A stretch of DNA of 10,850 nt. Source: Candidatus Hermodarchaeum yapensis. GTDB lineage: Archaea; Asgardarchaeota; Hermodarchaeia; Hermodarchaeales; Hermodarchaeaceae. The position numbers were made by a program, and so were the translations under genes. Below, in pieces: positions 1 through 8,053 of the stretch (its first letter is position 1; the number at the start of each line of letters is the position of its first letter). The stretch is from assembly GCA_016840405.1 (NCBI GenBank), contig JAEOSK010000056.1, positions 1-10,850 of the forward strand, read 5' to 3'. The notes below the pieces were generated by a model. That model worked only from the letters and a program-made list of their open reading frames with translations, was not told where the DNA came from and searched no databases.

Positions 1-1061
1 GTTTGCGCCTCGTCAATTCTTATCACGCTCTTACCCACTTTCTTGGCTTTGTAGGTCAAGAATTGGACGAACCGCCCCAAGAAGCCCGTGTTCTGAAGCG
101 AATGATACAACGTTCGAGCCGCTGCATCCTGCTGCCGACGCCCCGACGCCCGTTGTTTTCGCGCCATGACCTTCACCGCAAGATCACCAACAATGAACGT
201 GTTAGCCCGGGTATTTGTCACCACGACCTTGGACATCTTGTGCTGGAAATCGCGTAGTTGGTTGGTCAGCTTGCGGCGCATCTTCAGCCACTTCTGCTGA
301 TAGAAGTACCACTTTTTACTGTGCTTCCGACAATGATCACGTCGGGATTGCACCTCCCGCAGTTTGTTCTTCCAATACAGGTCCGCCCGACGATTGCGAA
401 TTTGAACAAATTTCCCTTGCTGGTTAACCGCCGTGGCCAAATTAATCACTCCCACGTCAATGGCCTGATACCGGCTATTGTCCACATACGGGGGAACCGC
501 CACCTCACAGGTGATGGCGACGAACCATCGATGTCGGCGATCTTGAAAGAGTTCCACCTGCTTGACCCTACCCTTCAGAGGTGGTAACCACGGTAACGCA
601 AACTCCAACTCAACACCCGAGGGATGACGGTGGGCGAAGCGAATCCGCTGGTGGTTAATGTCTAGGAAGAATCCGGATTGATTATAGCACAGGGTGGTAA
701 AATAGTGCTTGCCCTTGAAGCGGGGAGGTCGGGCCTGGAGGTCGCCGCGGCGCCAGAGGGCGTAGAAAGACTTGTAATCAGCATCGAGGCGTCGCAACAC
801 CATTTGCAGGACCTTCGAATAGACCCAGGCATACTCAGGATGCTGGGTCTTGAGGGCGGGGAGGGTGTTTTGTTGTTGGATGTAGGTAATGTAGGAGTGC
901 TCTGTCTTCGGTTTCGTGCGATTGGTTGTCCACTGGTGGCGGCGTTCAGCGAGGGCGAAGTTGTAGAGAAGGCGACATTTTTCGGAGAGGGTCCACAGGA
1001 CTTGGGCTTGAATCGCTGTGGGGCTTATGCGGATTTTGTGTGTCAGCAGCATCTGGGTCAT
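1..1061 (-). CDS. tnpB: TnpB RNA-guided endonuclease (IS200/IS605, IS1341-like) with rearranged RuvC-II; 3' end lies outside the window
   Basis: Manual translation from ATG 1061 is open for 353 codons to the edge: MTQMLLTHKIRISPT...CRLLYNFALAERR...YSKVLQMVLRRLDADYKSF...PPRFKGK...RWFVAITCEV...YQAIDVGVINLAT (RuvC-I D at 456-458)...DFQHKMSK...TFIVGDLAVKVM...FLGRFVQFLTYKAKKVGKSVIRIDEAQT. Absent from the ORF track because there is no stop in the window. Confidence 0.95.
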   Translation of the reverse strand, partial: MTQMLLTHKIRISPTAIQAQVLWTLSEKCRLLYNFALAERRHQWTTNRTKPKTEHSYITYIQQQNTLPALKTQHPEYAWVYSKVLQMVLRRLDADYKSFYALWRRGDLQARPPRFKGKHYFTTLCYNQSGFFLDINHQRIRFAHRHPSGVELEFALPWLPPLKGRVKQVELFQDRRHRWFVAITCEVAVPPYVDNSRYQAIDVGVINLATAVNQQGKFVQIRNRRADLYWKNKLREVQSRRDHCRKHSKKWYFYQQKWLKMRRKLTNQLRDFQHKMSKVVVTNTRANTFIVGDLAVKVMARKQRASGRRQQDAAARTLYHSLQNTGFLGRFVQFLTYKAKKVGKSVIRIDEAQ

Positions 1062-1169
1062 GCTATAGCTAGAAAAGTCATCGGTGTTTTTCAGTCTGGG
1101 GGAGGGGTGCGGATAAGTATCTGGACGATTCATCCCCGCCTTGAAAGACGGGGGCTTATCGACAAATAA
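1..1169 (-). mobile_element. Non-autonomous IS200/IS605-family (IS1341-like) element, left part
   Basis: A subterminal hairpin end is followed after about 70 bp by tnpB, leaving no room for tnpA. The right end is outside the window. Confidence 0.8.
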
Positions 1170-1173
1170 GTTA
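1134..1173 (-). repeat. IS200/IS605 left-end hairpin with guide tetranucleotide TAAG and putative target TAAC
   Basis: The minus strand reads TAAC|TTATTTGTCGA-TAAG-C-CCCCGTCT-TTCA-AGGCGGGG-ATGAAT. This is an imperfect GC-rich stem typical of Y1 transposase recognition ends. Confidence 0.8.
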
Positions 1174-1213
1174 AGTGGAGGCCTTGGACAGTAATCTGCA
1201 GAGTTGAATTTCA

Positions 1214-2896
1214 TTGGGTAAAAATCGGCGTGGCAGGAAAAAATCAGAAAAACCTCGTGACCAGGAAGCTAATATGCTGGATCCAAACATGGAGAAAACC
1301 CCAGAACGCGCTGAGAAGTTCATTACCACCTCCAGTGAACCCGTTGAGCGACTATACACGCCAGAAAAGCTTCAGGATATTGAGTATGACCGCGACCTTG
1401 GATTTCCCGGGCAACCACCCTATACACGTGGAGTGTATCCAACGATGTACCGGAGTCGCCTCTGGACCATGCGAATGTATTCTGGATTCGGAACTGCTGA
1501 ACAAACGAATGAACGGTATCAATATCTCCTGAAACAGGGACAAACCGGTCTGAGCGTTGCTTTTGATTTACCGACCCAGATTGGGTACGATTCGGATCAT
1601 CCGATGGCAGTCGGTGAAGTGGGCAAATGTGGTGTTGCCATTCCCTCTGTAGAAGACATGGCTACACTCTTTCAAGGTATTCCATTAGACAAAGTGAGCA
1701 CCAGCATGACGATTAACGCCCCTGCTGCTGTTCTGCTTGCGATGTACATTACTATTGCAAAACGCCAAGGTGTAGAACCTAAAGTGCTTCGCGGAACCAT
1801 CCAAAACGACATTCTCAAAGAGTATGTGGCTAGGGGAACCTACATCTATCCCCCAGCACCATCCATGCGCCTTATTACCGATACTATCGCCTATTGCCGA
1901 AATGAGTTACCCCGCTGGAATACTATTAGCATCAGCGGCTATCATATACGCGAAGCTGGAAGCACCGCCATCCAAGAGGTAGCATTCACGTTTGCCAATG
2001 GCATCGCTTACGTCCAAGCAGCAATAGATGCAGGATTACACGTAGATGAATTTGCACCCCGCCTCTCATTTTTCTTCGGAGCCCATAATGATTTGTTCGA
2101 AGAAGTTGCAAAATTCCGAGCAGCCCGGCGATTATGGTATCGAATTATGCGGGACCGGTTCAATGCCGAGGCCCCCCGATCCTGGTTATTACGATTTCAC
2201 ACCCAAACAGCAGGCTGTAGCTTGACCGCTCAGCAACCCGCAAATAATATTGTACGCGTTACTATGCAAGCCTTAGCCGCCGTCTTGGGTGGCACCCAAT
2301 CACTCCACACCAATTCCATGGACGAAGCCCTTGCCTTACCCACTGAAAAAGCCGCCACTATTGCATTACGCACTCAACAAATCCTTGCTCATGAAAGTGG
2401 GGTAGCAAACACTATCGATCCCTTCGGGGGGTCTTACTTCCTGGAGAATCTTACAAATGACATCGAAGAAGGGGTCGTAAAATATCTTGATCAAATTGAT
2501 AAGATGGGTGGCGTACTGCGAGCGATTGAAACGGGTTTCATTCAACGCGAAATCCATGATAGCGCATATCGGTACCAACGAGAAATTGAAACCGATGATA
2601 GAGTAGTCGTCGGCGTTAACAGGTTCAGCATTCCTGAAGAAGATCAGACCATCGAATACCTTCGCGTTGACCCAGCAGTGGAGAAAGCCCAATATAAGAA
2701 ACTAGTAAGCTTCCGAAAAAATCGAAATGTCCAGGCTGTCGAAAGAGCCCTTTCCCAATTAAAACAGGTTGCAGAAGGAAATACCAATCTCTTTCCCAGC
2801 ATTCTTGAAGCTGTTGAAGTCCATGCCACACTTGGTGAGATATCTGATGCCCTGCGTTCTGTGTTTGGTGAACACAAACCTGCACAAATTTTCTAA
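1214..2896 (+). CDS. mcmA: Methylmalonyl-CoA mutase, large (substrate-binding) subunit, split type lacking the B12-binding domain
   Basis: Motifs [15 protein letters not shown] (specificity Tyr), [28 protein letters not shown] (specificity Arg), [12 protein letters not shown] and [10 protein letters not shown]. No C-terminal DxHxxG domain. Start may be TTG 1214 (SD-like GAGTTGA) or ATG 1274. Confidence 0.93.
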   Translation: MGKNRRGRKKSEKPRDQEANMLDPNMEKTPERAEKFITTSSEPVERLYTPEKLQDIEYDRDLGFPGQPPYTRGVYPTMYRSRLWTMRMYSGFGTAEQTNERYQYLLKQGQTGLSVAFDLPTQIGYDSDHPMAVGEVGKCGVAIPSVEDMATLFQGIPLDKVSTSMTINAPAAVLLAMYITIAKRQGVEPKVLRGTIQNDILKEYVARGTYIYPPAPSMRLITDTIAYCRNELPRWNTISISGYHIREAGSTAIQEVAFTFANGIAYVQAAIDAGLHVDEFAPRLSFFFGAHNDLFEEVAKFRAARRLWYRIMRDRFNAEAPRSWLLRFHTQTAGCSLTAQQPANNIVRVTMQALAAVLGGTQSLHTNSMDEALALPTEKAATIALRTQQILAHESGVANTIDPFGGSYFLENLTNDIEEGVVKYLDQIDKMGGVLRAIETGFIQREIHDSAYRYQREIETDDRVVVGVNRFSIPEEDQTIEYLRVDPAVEKAQYKKLVSFRKNRNVQAVERALSQLKQVAEGNTNLFPSILEAVEVHATLGEISDALRSVFGEHKPAQIF

Positions 2897-4137
2897 TGCA
2901 CCTTAACTAGTTCTGAACCGGAGGGTATGGTCACGAATATAATTGGAATCAGAACGAGGGCTACTAAGGCAGCAACCCAATAAACTCCAGGTAAAGCCCA
3001 GATCCCGAGCACCACTGCCATTATCAAGGGACCCAGCGTCTGCCCTAATCGTAAGACCAACCCATTCAAAGACATCAATGCGGCACGGTACTCTGTCGGG
3101 GCGAGACGCACGAGTAGGGTCCAAGTTGTGGGCATCGCAAACCCCATTCCAATTCCAAAAAATGCCACAGGGATCAGGAGAAGCAAGAGAGTTGGGGCGA
3201 AAGGAACCAAAAAGAGTCCCAATGCCATAAAGGGGAAAGCAGAAAGTAGGACCGTTTTCATCGAAAACCTTTGGGCTAATTTATTCATAAAAGGAGAAAC
3301 AATAGCTGCTGCTAGAGAAATCAAAGAGATAACAAGACCTGCAATGAATGAGTTGACAAAAAAGAATGTGATAATGAGAAACGGAAGATAGGTGATAATT
3401 GCACCATAAAGCATGATGAAAACTGAGGTGCTGACTAAGAATAGTCCGGCTACTTGTCTATTTCTGAGAACTATACCAACTTGGGTGAAGTATTGTCGTA
3501 TTGAGAGCGTATCTTCTGGTTTTGGAACCTCCAGTTTAAAGAGTGCAGCTAAACCAATAGGTATTGCAAGGAGGGGGAGATAGAATGGGAAAAACCATCC
3601 AAAAAGCGTAAGAAATCCTCCCAGAGTAGGATAGATGGCAGTACCAGTACTTTGCATACTGACATTGTAACCCATCACTTGTGCGCGTTGTTGCCGTCTA
3701 TACAAGTCTCCAATGATAGTGATATTGAGGGATCCTAATGCAGCGGCACCAACTCCTTGAACAAACCGAATGCAAAGTAATATGAGAAAAGGAGAGATTC
3801 CCAACGCCAAGCCGATCGGTTCAGAGAACATACAAGAAAATCCAGCAACGCCAAACAGCAACAAAGAGGGGACTAATACTGGTCTTCGTCCAAATCTGTC
3901 CGCAGCGATACCCAAGAAGGGGGTCAGAATTATTCCTGGGATAGTGAAGATGATTACAACGAGACTGATCATTCCAGGCGGGATACCCAGTTCAAGACTC
4001 ATCCTGGGAAATGCTGGAGTAATGCTAGCTACACCCATAACCGCAATGAGAGTGGTGCCAAAAATAATTAGCAAATTGGCAGAAATTGGAAGGCGCTCCT
4101 CGTTTTTGCCTTCAGAGGACATCTCGTTTGGTTTCAT
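2893..4137 (-). CDS. MFS transporter, substrate unknown
   Basis: 414 aa with about 12 hydrophobic segments and MFS motif [11 protein letters not shown]. Its stop codon overlaps the mutase stop (2893-2896). Confidence 0.92.
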   Translation of the reverse strand: MKPNEMSSEGKNEERLPISANLLIIFGTTLIAVMGVASITPAFPRMSLELGIPPGMISLVVIIFTIPGIILTPFLGIAADRFGRRPVLVPSLLLFGVAGFSCMFSEPIGLALGISPFLILLCIRFVQGVGAAALGSLNITIIGDLYRRQQRAQVMGYNVSMQSTGTAIYPTLGGFLTLFGWFFPFYLPLLAIPIGLAALFKLEVPKPEDTLSIRQYFTQVGIVLRNRQVAGLFLVSTSVFIMLYGAIITYLPFLIITFFFVNSFIAGLVISLISLAAAIVSPFMNKLAQRFSMKTVLLSAFPFMALGLFLVPFAPTLLLLLIPVAFFGIGMGFAMPTTWTLLVRLAPTEYRAALMSLNGLVLRLGQTLGPLIMAVVLGIWALPGVYWVAALVALVLIPIIFVTIPSGSELVKVH

Positions 4138-4219
4138 CTTAGCCGCTCCAACACCTAACCCTGAATAAAAACGTTTGTGGATTACAAGGTTAAAGAAACA
4201 GAAGTCTTTTCTAACCTAG

Positions 4220-4651
4220 ATGAAATTGACCCCATGGAGTTGTTTGAATTTGCGGATTGCACACATTGGTATTGCGGTCAAAAATGCAGAGGCGGCTCTC
4301 AAGTTATATCGCGAAGTCCTTGGACTTGACTCTACCCATACTGAAATTGTGGAAAGCCAGAAAGTTAAAACCGTCCAGATTCCCATCGGCGATTCCAGCA
4401 TTGAACTCCTGGAACCAACGAGTCCTGATGGCGTCGTAGCCCAGTTTATCGAAAAACGTGGGGAGGGGATTCATCATATTGCCATCGAAGTACAGGACAT
4501 CACTGCTGCATTGAACAAAATGAAAGCGGCGGGATATCGACTTATTGATGAGACACCGCGATTGGGAGCAGATAATATGCTTATCGCCTTTGTTCATCCA
4601 CGTAGCACAAATGGTGTCCTTCTCGAATTATGCCAACCCTCCAAGGATTAA
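4220..4651 (+). CDS. mce: Methylmalonyl-CoA epimerase (VOC fold)
   Basis: Motifs HIGIAV, IELLEP, FIEKRGEGIHHIA and FVHP...GVLLEL, plus pathway context. True start may be a few codons downstream. Confidence 0.93.
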   Translation: MKLTPWSCLNLRIAHIGIAVKNAEAALKLYREVLGLDSTHTEIVESQKVKTVQIPIGDSSIELLEPTSPDGVVAQFIEKRGEGIHHIAIEVQDITAALNKMKAAGYRLIDETPRLGADNMLIAFVHPRSTNGVLLELCQPSKD

Positions 4652-4660
4652 CACACCGAA

Positions 4661-5482
4661 GTGCAGGGCATGACAAAACCACCAATCCCCTTTGAGCCCA
4701 GAAACGATCCCTTTCAGCATGCCCTAGCAAATACTTCAAAACTCGTGGCCAAGCGTTTACTGCATTTTCCTGAACTGCCATCCACCAATACATACCTTAA
4801 GGAGAAAGGTACTGTTGGTGAACGCGAAGGATTAGTAGTCCTAGCAGATACACAAATAGCTGGGAAAGGGCGTTTCGAAAGATCCTGGCATTCACCACCA
4901 GGAGGTCTCTACTTCTCAATCTTGCTTCGTCCAATGACCATTTCTGCCGCGGAAGCGCCACTCATCACCCTAACGGCAGGTGTGGCTGTAGCCAAAGTTC
5001 TACAAACCGCCCTTGGAGTTCAAGCCAAGTTGAAATGGCCCAATGACGTACTCATTGAAAACCGTAAAGTGTGTGGCATTTTGGCTGAATCCACTCTGAT
5101 AGGTGCAGACATCGAATACGTCGTGTTAGGAATAGGTGTCAATGCAAATACACCGCTCAATGAAATGCCTTCCGACCTACAAACTTCAGCAACAACTCTC
5201 CAACACATTTTGAATCGTCCCGTTGATTTACCTCGATTGTTTGGATATCTCCTAGGTCAACTTGAGTTCTGGTATATTCGACTGCGTGATCAGGGTTTCG
5301 CCTCGATTAACCGAGAGTACCGACGGCTCTGTACACAACTTGGAAAGTCGGTGACAGTTACCATTGGGAAAGAAAAGCTCACTGGTGTCGCAAAGGATAT
5401 TGGAGCTGATGGAAGCCTAGTTCTCCACACCGATTCGGGACGAAAACACATCCGAAGCGCTGACATTCTTTCTTCAATGTAG
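4661..5482 (+). CDS. birA: Biotin-protein ligase, class I (no obvious HTH domain)
   Basis: Motifs STN, Q.AGKGR..R.W.SP.GGLYFS, KWPND, KVCGIL and GIGVN. ATG 4670 is an alternative start. Confidence 0.93.
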   Translation: MQGMTKPPIPFEPRNDPFQHALANTSKLVAKRLLHFPELPSTNTYLKEKGTVGEREGLVVLADTQIAGKGRFERSWHSPPGGLYFSILLRPMTISAAEAPLITLTAGVAVAKVLQTALGVQAKLKWPNDVLIENRKVCGILAESTLIGADIEYVVLGIGVNANTPLNEMPSDLQTSATTLQHILNRPVDLPRLFGYLLGQLEFWYIRLRDQGFASINREYRRLCTQLGKSVTVTIGKEKLTGVAKDIGADGSLVLHTDSGRKHIRSADILSSM

Positions 5483-5550
5483 GAAGCAAGTTTGAATGAC
5501 GTTCACAATTCTTTTAGGAGTGAAATTCTCAGTGAACGAGGAGAACCATT

Positions 5551-5937
5551 ATGATACCAACAGCATTCCATCTATTTTCTGTGATATTGGCTCTTCAATT
5601 TGATCCATTCTTTGACTGGATCTTTGGATTTCTTGGAATCTTTTGGATAATCTTCATTGTTTTCTTTGCGTTTTTCTTCATAATGATAATTGTAGTAGGC
5701 TATAGGGCGTGTAAAGCATCACAAACCACTCGGAGAATGTTTGATGCCTCAAAAGTACCGGTAGCGCGAACAACCACTCGACACCTTATGCGAGAAACCT
5801 TGCCCACTGAATGCCCTGAATGCGATGCACCCTTGAAATACAATGAGGTCAAGTGGGTGGGACCTCGACGAGCCGAATGTCCATACTGTGGAAATGTGGT
5901 TGAACTGCAAGAGGAAGATGTCTTCGAAAATTGCTAA
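5551..5937 (+). CDS. Hypothetical membrane-anchored zinc-ribbon protein
   Basis: Long Phe/Ile-rich hydrophobic N-terminus, C-terminal CPEC...CPYC, and GAGGAG upstream of the ATG. Confidence 0.8.
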   Translation: MIPTAFHLFSVILALQFDPFFDWIFGFLGIFWIIFIVFFAFFFIMIIVVGYRACKASQTTRRMFDASKVPVARTTTRHLMRETLPTECPECDAPLKYNEVKWVGPRRAECPYCGNVVELQEEDVFENC

Positions 5938-5985
5938 AAAAGAGAGAAATCTGGTGACTAGCGAAAACTAACCAGTCACCGAGAT
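5936..5985 (-). terminator. Hairpin plus pyrimidine tract downstream of desulfoferrodoxin
   Basis: The minus strand reads ATCT-C-GGTGACTGG-(10 nt)-CTAGTCACC-AGAT followed by TTCTCTCTTTTT, between convergent genes. Confidence 0.55.
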
Positions 5986-6013
5986 CACCTGGAATGTTCC
6001 CAGCTTCAACAGT

Positions 6014-6391
6014 TTAGCTAGTCTTCCAGAGTAAGTGAATGTTGCAGTATTCACGGGCCAAGTCGGGTTTCCCTTTCATAGGAAAGTCCGCCTCAGGTTT
6101 CATGCCAGGTTCAAGGAATTTACGCATAACCCAGCCATCTTTGATTACTTGAATCCATTCTATCCAATGTTCATCGACCATTGGATGAGGAGTCGAACCA
6201 ACAACAGTGTGGATTCCCTCCTTGGTTTCTTCAACGACAGGCACATGTTTTTCGGTCGTGAAATCAGCGGTTTGTTCTTCCATGAGTTTCATGGCTTGAC
6301 CGCAGCAGACTAGCGTTCCTGCGCCAGTATGAACTACTTCCACGATGTTTCCGCAAACCTCGCATTTATAGATTTGGAGAAGTTCAGTCAT
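6014..6391 (-). CDS. dfx: Desulfoferrodoxin (2Fe superoxide reductase)
   Basis: Centre I: YKCEVCGN...CCG. Centre II: EKHVP, HPM...H, CNIH. GGTGA SD upstream. Confidence 0.96.
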   Translation of the reverse strand: MTELLQIYKCEVCGNIVEVVHTGAGTLVCCGQAMKLMEEQTADFTTEKHVPVVEETKEGIHTVVGSTPHPMVDEHWIEWIQVIKDGWVMRKFLEPGMKPEADFPMKGKPDLAREYCNIHLLWKTS

Positions 6392-6435
6392 TTTATAATC
6401 ACCAATATCATTCTAACCTGAAAGTATAAGGAGGT

Positions 6436-6711
6436 CTACCCTGGCTTTTCCTTCGCCTCTTGTTCTTTTTTCTTTTTAACCATCTCTTGAACGTCGTTAT
6501 AGATCTCTTCGCCCACGCATTCTTTGGCGTACTCACAATACTCTACGCAGGACATCGTATCGTTATAGACTGTAAAGCCGCACTTGTCACAATCCATCTT
6601 CACGTCACTGGTGAACATTTCAATTTCTTCAGAACACCGCGGACAGGTCTTGAAGATGATGCTAGGTCGTTTTAGAGGCACAGCTCCAGGGCAGTCATCG
6701 ATAATCTTCAT
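6436..6711 (-). CDS. Small 8-cysteine putative metal-binding protein, function unknown
   Basis: C7, C23xxC26, C41xxC44 and C55xxxC59-x5-C65, followed by a charged C-terminal helix. Co-oriented with dfx. Confidence 0.85.
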   Translation of the reverse strand: MKIIDDCPGAVPLKRPSIIFKTCPRCSEEIEMFTSDVKMDCDKCGFTVYNDTMSCVEYCEYAKECVGEEIYNDVQEMVKKKKEQEAKEKPG

Positions 6712-6716
6712 GGCTA

Positions 6717-7982
6717 TCAGCCATGAGTTAACAATGTTGAGCTTAAAATCAGTTCGGTTTTCCGAATCTTATGAGATATCATTAGTTCTCTGTTCGGTTC
6801 CTGCATCATCGACGGGCACTGCCCTAGAGGGCTGTCACCTCCCGCCTCATAACAAGCGTTTTGAGTCTCCGTGAAACCCACGGCGACAAATAGCAAATTA
6901 ATACTAGCGTTTAAATCTCGATCTATCCTCAGGCCACACACTTTACAATGATAGTTATGTTTAGCTGATAGTTCCGTCTTAATGAACCCACATTGGGAAC
7001 AGCGTCTTGAGGACGGAAAAAACTGAGGAGCCACAACCAATCTCGATCCATACCACTGAGTCTTGTATTCAAGTTGACGACGAAATTCAGCGAAACTTAC
7101 ATCAGATACTGCTTTAGCTAGTGAGTGATTTTTTCGCATTCCATTTACATGAAGTGATTCGATTACAATAACTGACTTGGTTTTCGCCAGTTTTGATGTC
7201 ACCCTATGAAGAGCGTTCTTACGAATATTTGCAATTCGAGCATGAAGTCTTTGAAACCTAAGCCTTGCTTTTGCCCGATTTTGGCTGTTTTTACATTTTC
7301 GAGGTAGAGTTCGTTGAATACGTCTCAACTTCCGTTCATAGCGAGCCAATGCACGAGGATTATCGTATGTAGTGCCGTTAGACAATGTCGCTAACCATTT
7401 AATCCCCACATCCACGCCAACCATAGGACCTGTGTTTTTGATTGGATTGATTTCCTCTTGCACCTGAAGCGATACGAACCACCGACCCGCCTTCTCTGAA
7501 ATAGTCACAGAGAGAATATGAACATGATCAGATTCGGGAGGTAAGTAATTGCGTTCTTTTAGTCGCAAACGACCCAACCTTGGTAACTGTATGGAATCTT
7601 CGAAAACTCTAATCACTCCAGTTAATCTGAAAGATCCAATTCCCTTTTTCCGTGACTTTAAACACGGAAACCCTGGTGATTCTCCATTTTTTACTCGTCG
7701 AAAGAAATTTTTAAAGGCAATATCAAGATTGCGTAGAGCCTCTTGAGGGGCACATTTGGATACACTATACATCCATTGGAACTCGTTTTGTTTTAACTTT
7801 ACAAGTTCCCGATGTAAATCAATTGCACTTGGCGACTTGCCTGTTTTAGAATATTCTTCGATTTTTCGCTTAAGTCCCCAGTTAAAAGCAAAACGGGAAC
7901 AGCCTGCATATTTGTAACAGAGTGAACGTTGTTGGTTATTCAGTTTCAACTCTGTTTTATAGCCACGGTGGACTATAACCAT
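6717..7982 (-). CDS. tnpB: TnpB RNA-guided endonuclease, IS607-like clade, without tnpA
   Basis: N-terminal YKTELKLNN...AGCSRFAFNWGL, RuvC-I VGVDVG, RuvC-II IVIESL, zinc finger CSQC...CKVC and RuvC-III DRDLNASINL. Confidence 0.95.
   Translation of the reverse strand: MVIVHRGYKTELKLNNQQRSLCYKYAGCSRFAFNWGLKRKIEEYSKTGKSPSAIDLHRELVKLKQNEFQWMYSVSKCAPQEALRNLDIAFKNFFRRVKNGESPGFPCLKSRKKGIGSFRLTGVIRVFEDSIQLPRLGRLRLKERNYLPPESDHVHILSVTISEKAGRWFVSLQVQEEINPIKNTGPMVGVDVGIKWLATLSNGTTYDNPRALARYERKLRRIQRTLPRKCKNSQNRAKARLRFQRLHARIANIRKNALHRVTSKLAKTKSVIVIESLHVNGMRKNHSLAKAVSDVSFAEFRRQLEYKTQWYGSRLVVAPQFFPSSRRCSQCGFIKTELSAKHNYHCKVCGLRIDRDLNASINLLFVAVGFTETQNACYEAGGDSPLGQCPSMMQEPNRELMISHKIRKTELILSSTLLTHG
6735..6890 (-). 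ncRNA. Putative omegaRNA (reRNA) of the second TnpB; boundaries approximate
   Basis: Position overlapping the tnpB 3' end is established for these elements. Stem-loops are present at 6869-6883 (CCGTG/CACGG), 6821-6832 (GCCCT/AGGGC) and 6753-6766 (TTCGG-AAAA-CCGAA). Confidence 0.55.
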
Positions 7983-8053
7983 AAATGAACTTTATAATTG
8001 GCGTCATATAAGCAGAACCCACACCTCATGCAAAGTGAACCAGCTCTCTTTTC

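Noticed and set aside
3-1169. + strand ORFs 3..257, 258..587, 678..1169 and 215..427
   Set aside because: These are antisense shadows of the minus-strand tnpB. The first three share its codon register, and none has a recognisable motif.
5949-5985. SECIS-like reading of the hairpin, implying selenocysteine recoding
   Set aside because: The spacing does not fit, and no neighbouring gene has an in-frame TGA at a Cys position.
6392-6416. PerR/Fur-like box upstream of dfx (TTAGAATGATATT)
   Set aside because: Only a half-site resembles the consensus, with no dyad symmetry.
6717-7982. Second TnpB as a nuclease-dead TldR or a Cas12f
   Set aside because: All three RuvC acidic residues are present, and there is no CRISPR array or cas gene in the window.
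8018-8021. TGGG (minus strand) as an IS607-type TAM and left boundary
   Set aside because: It would leave a left end of only about 35 bp with no visible repeats, and a 4-mer alone is not evidence.
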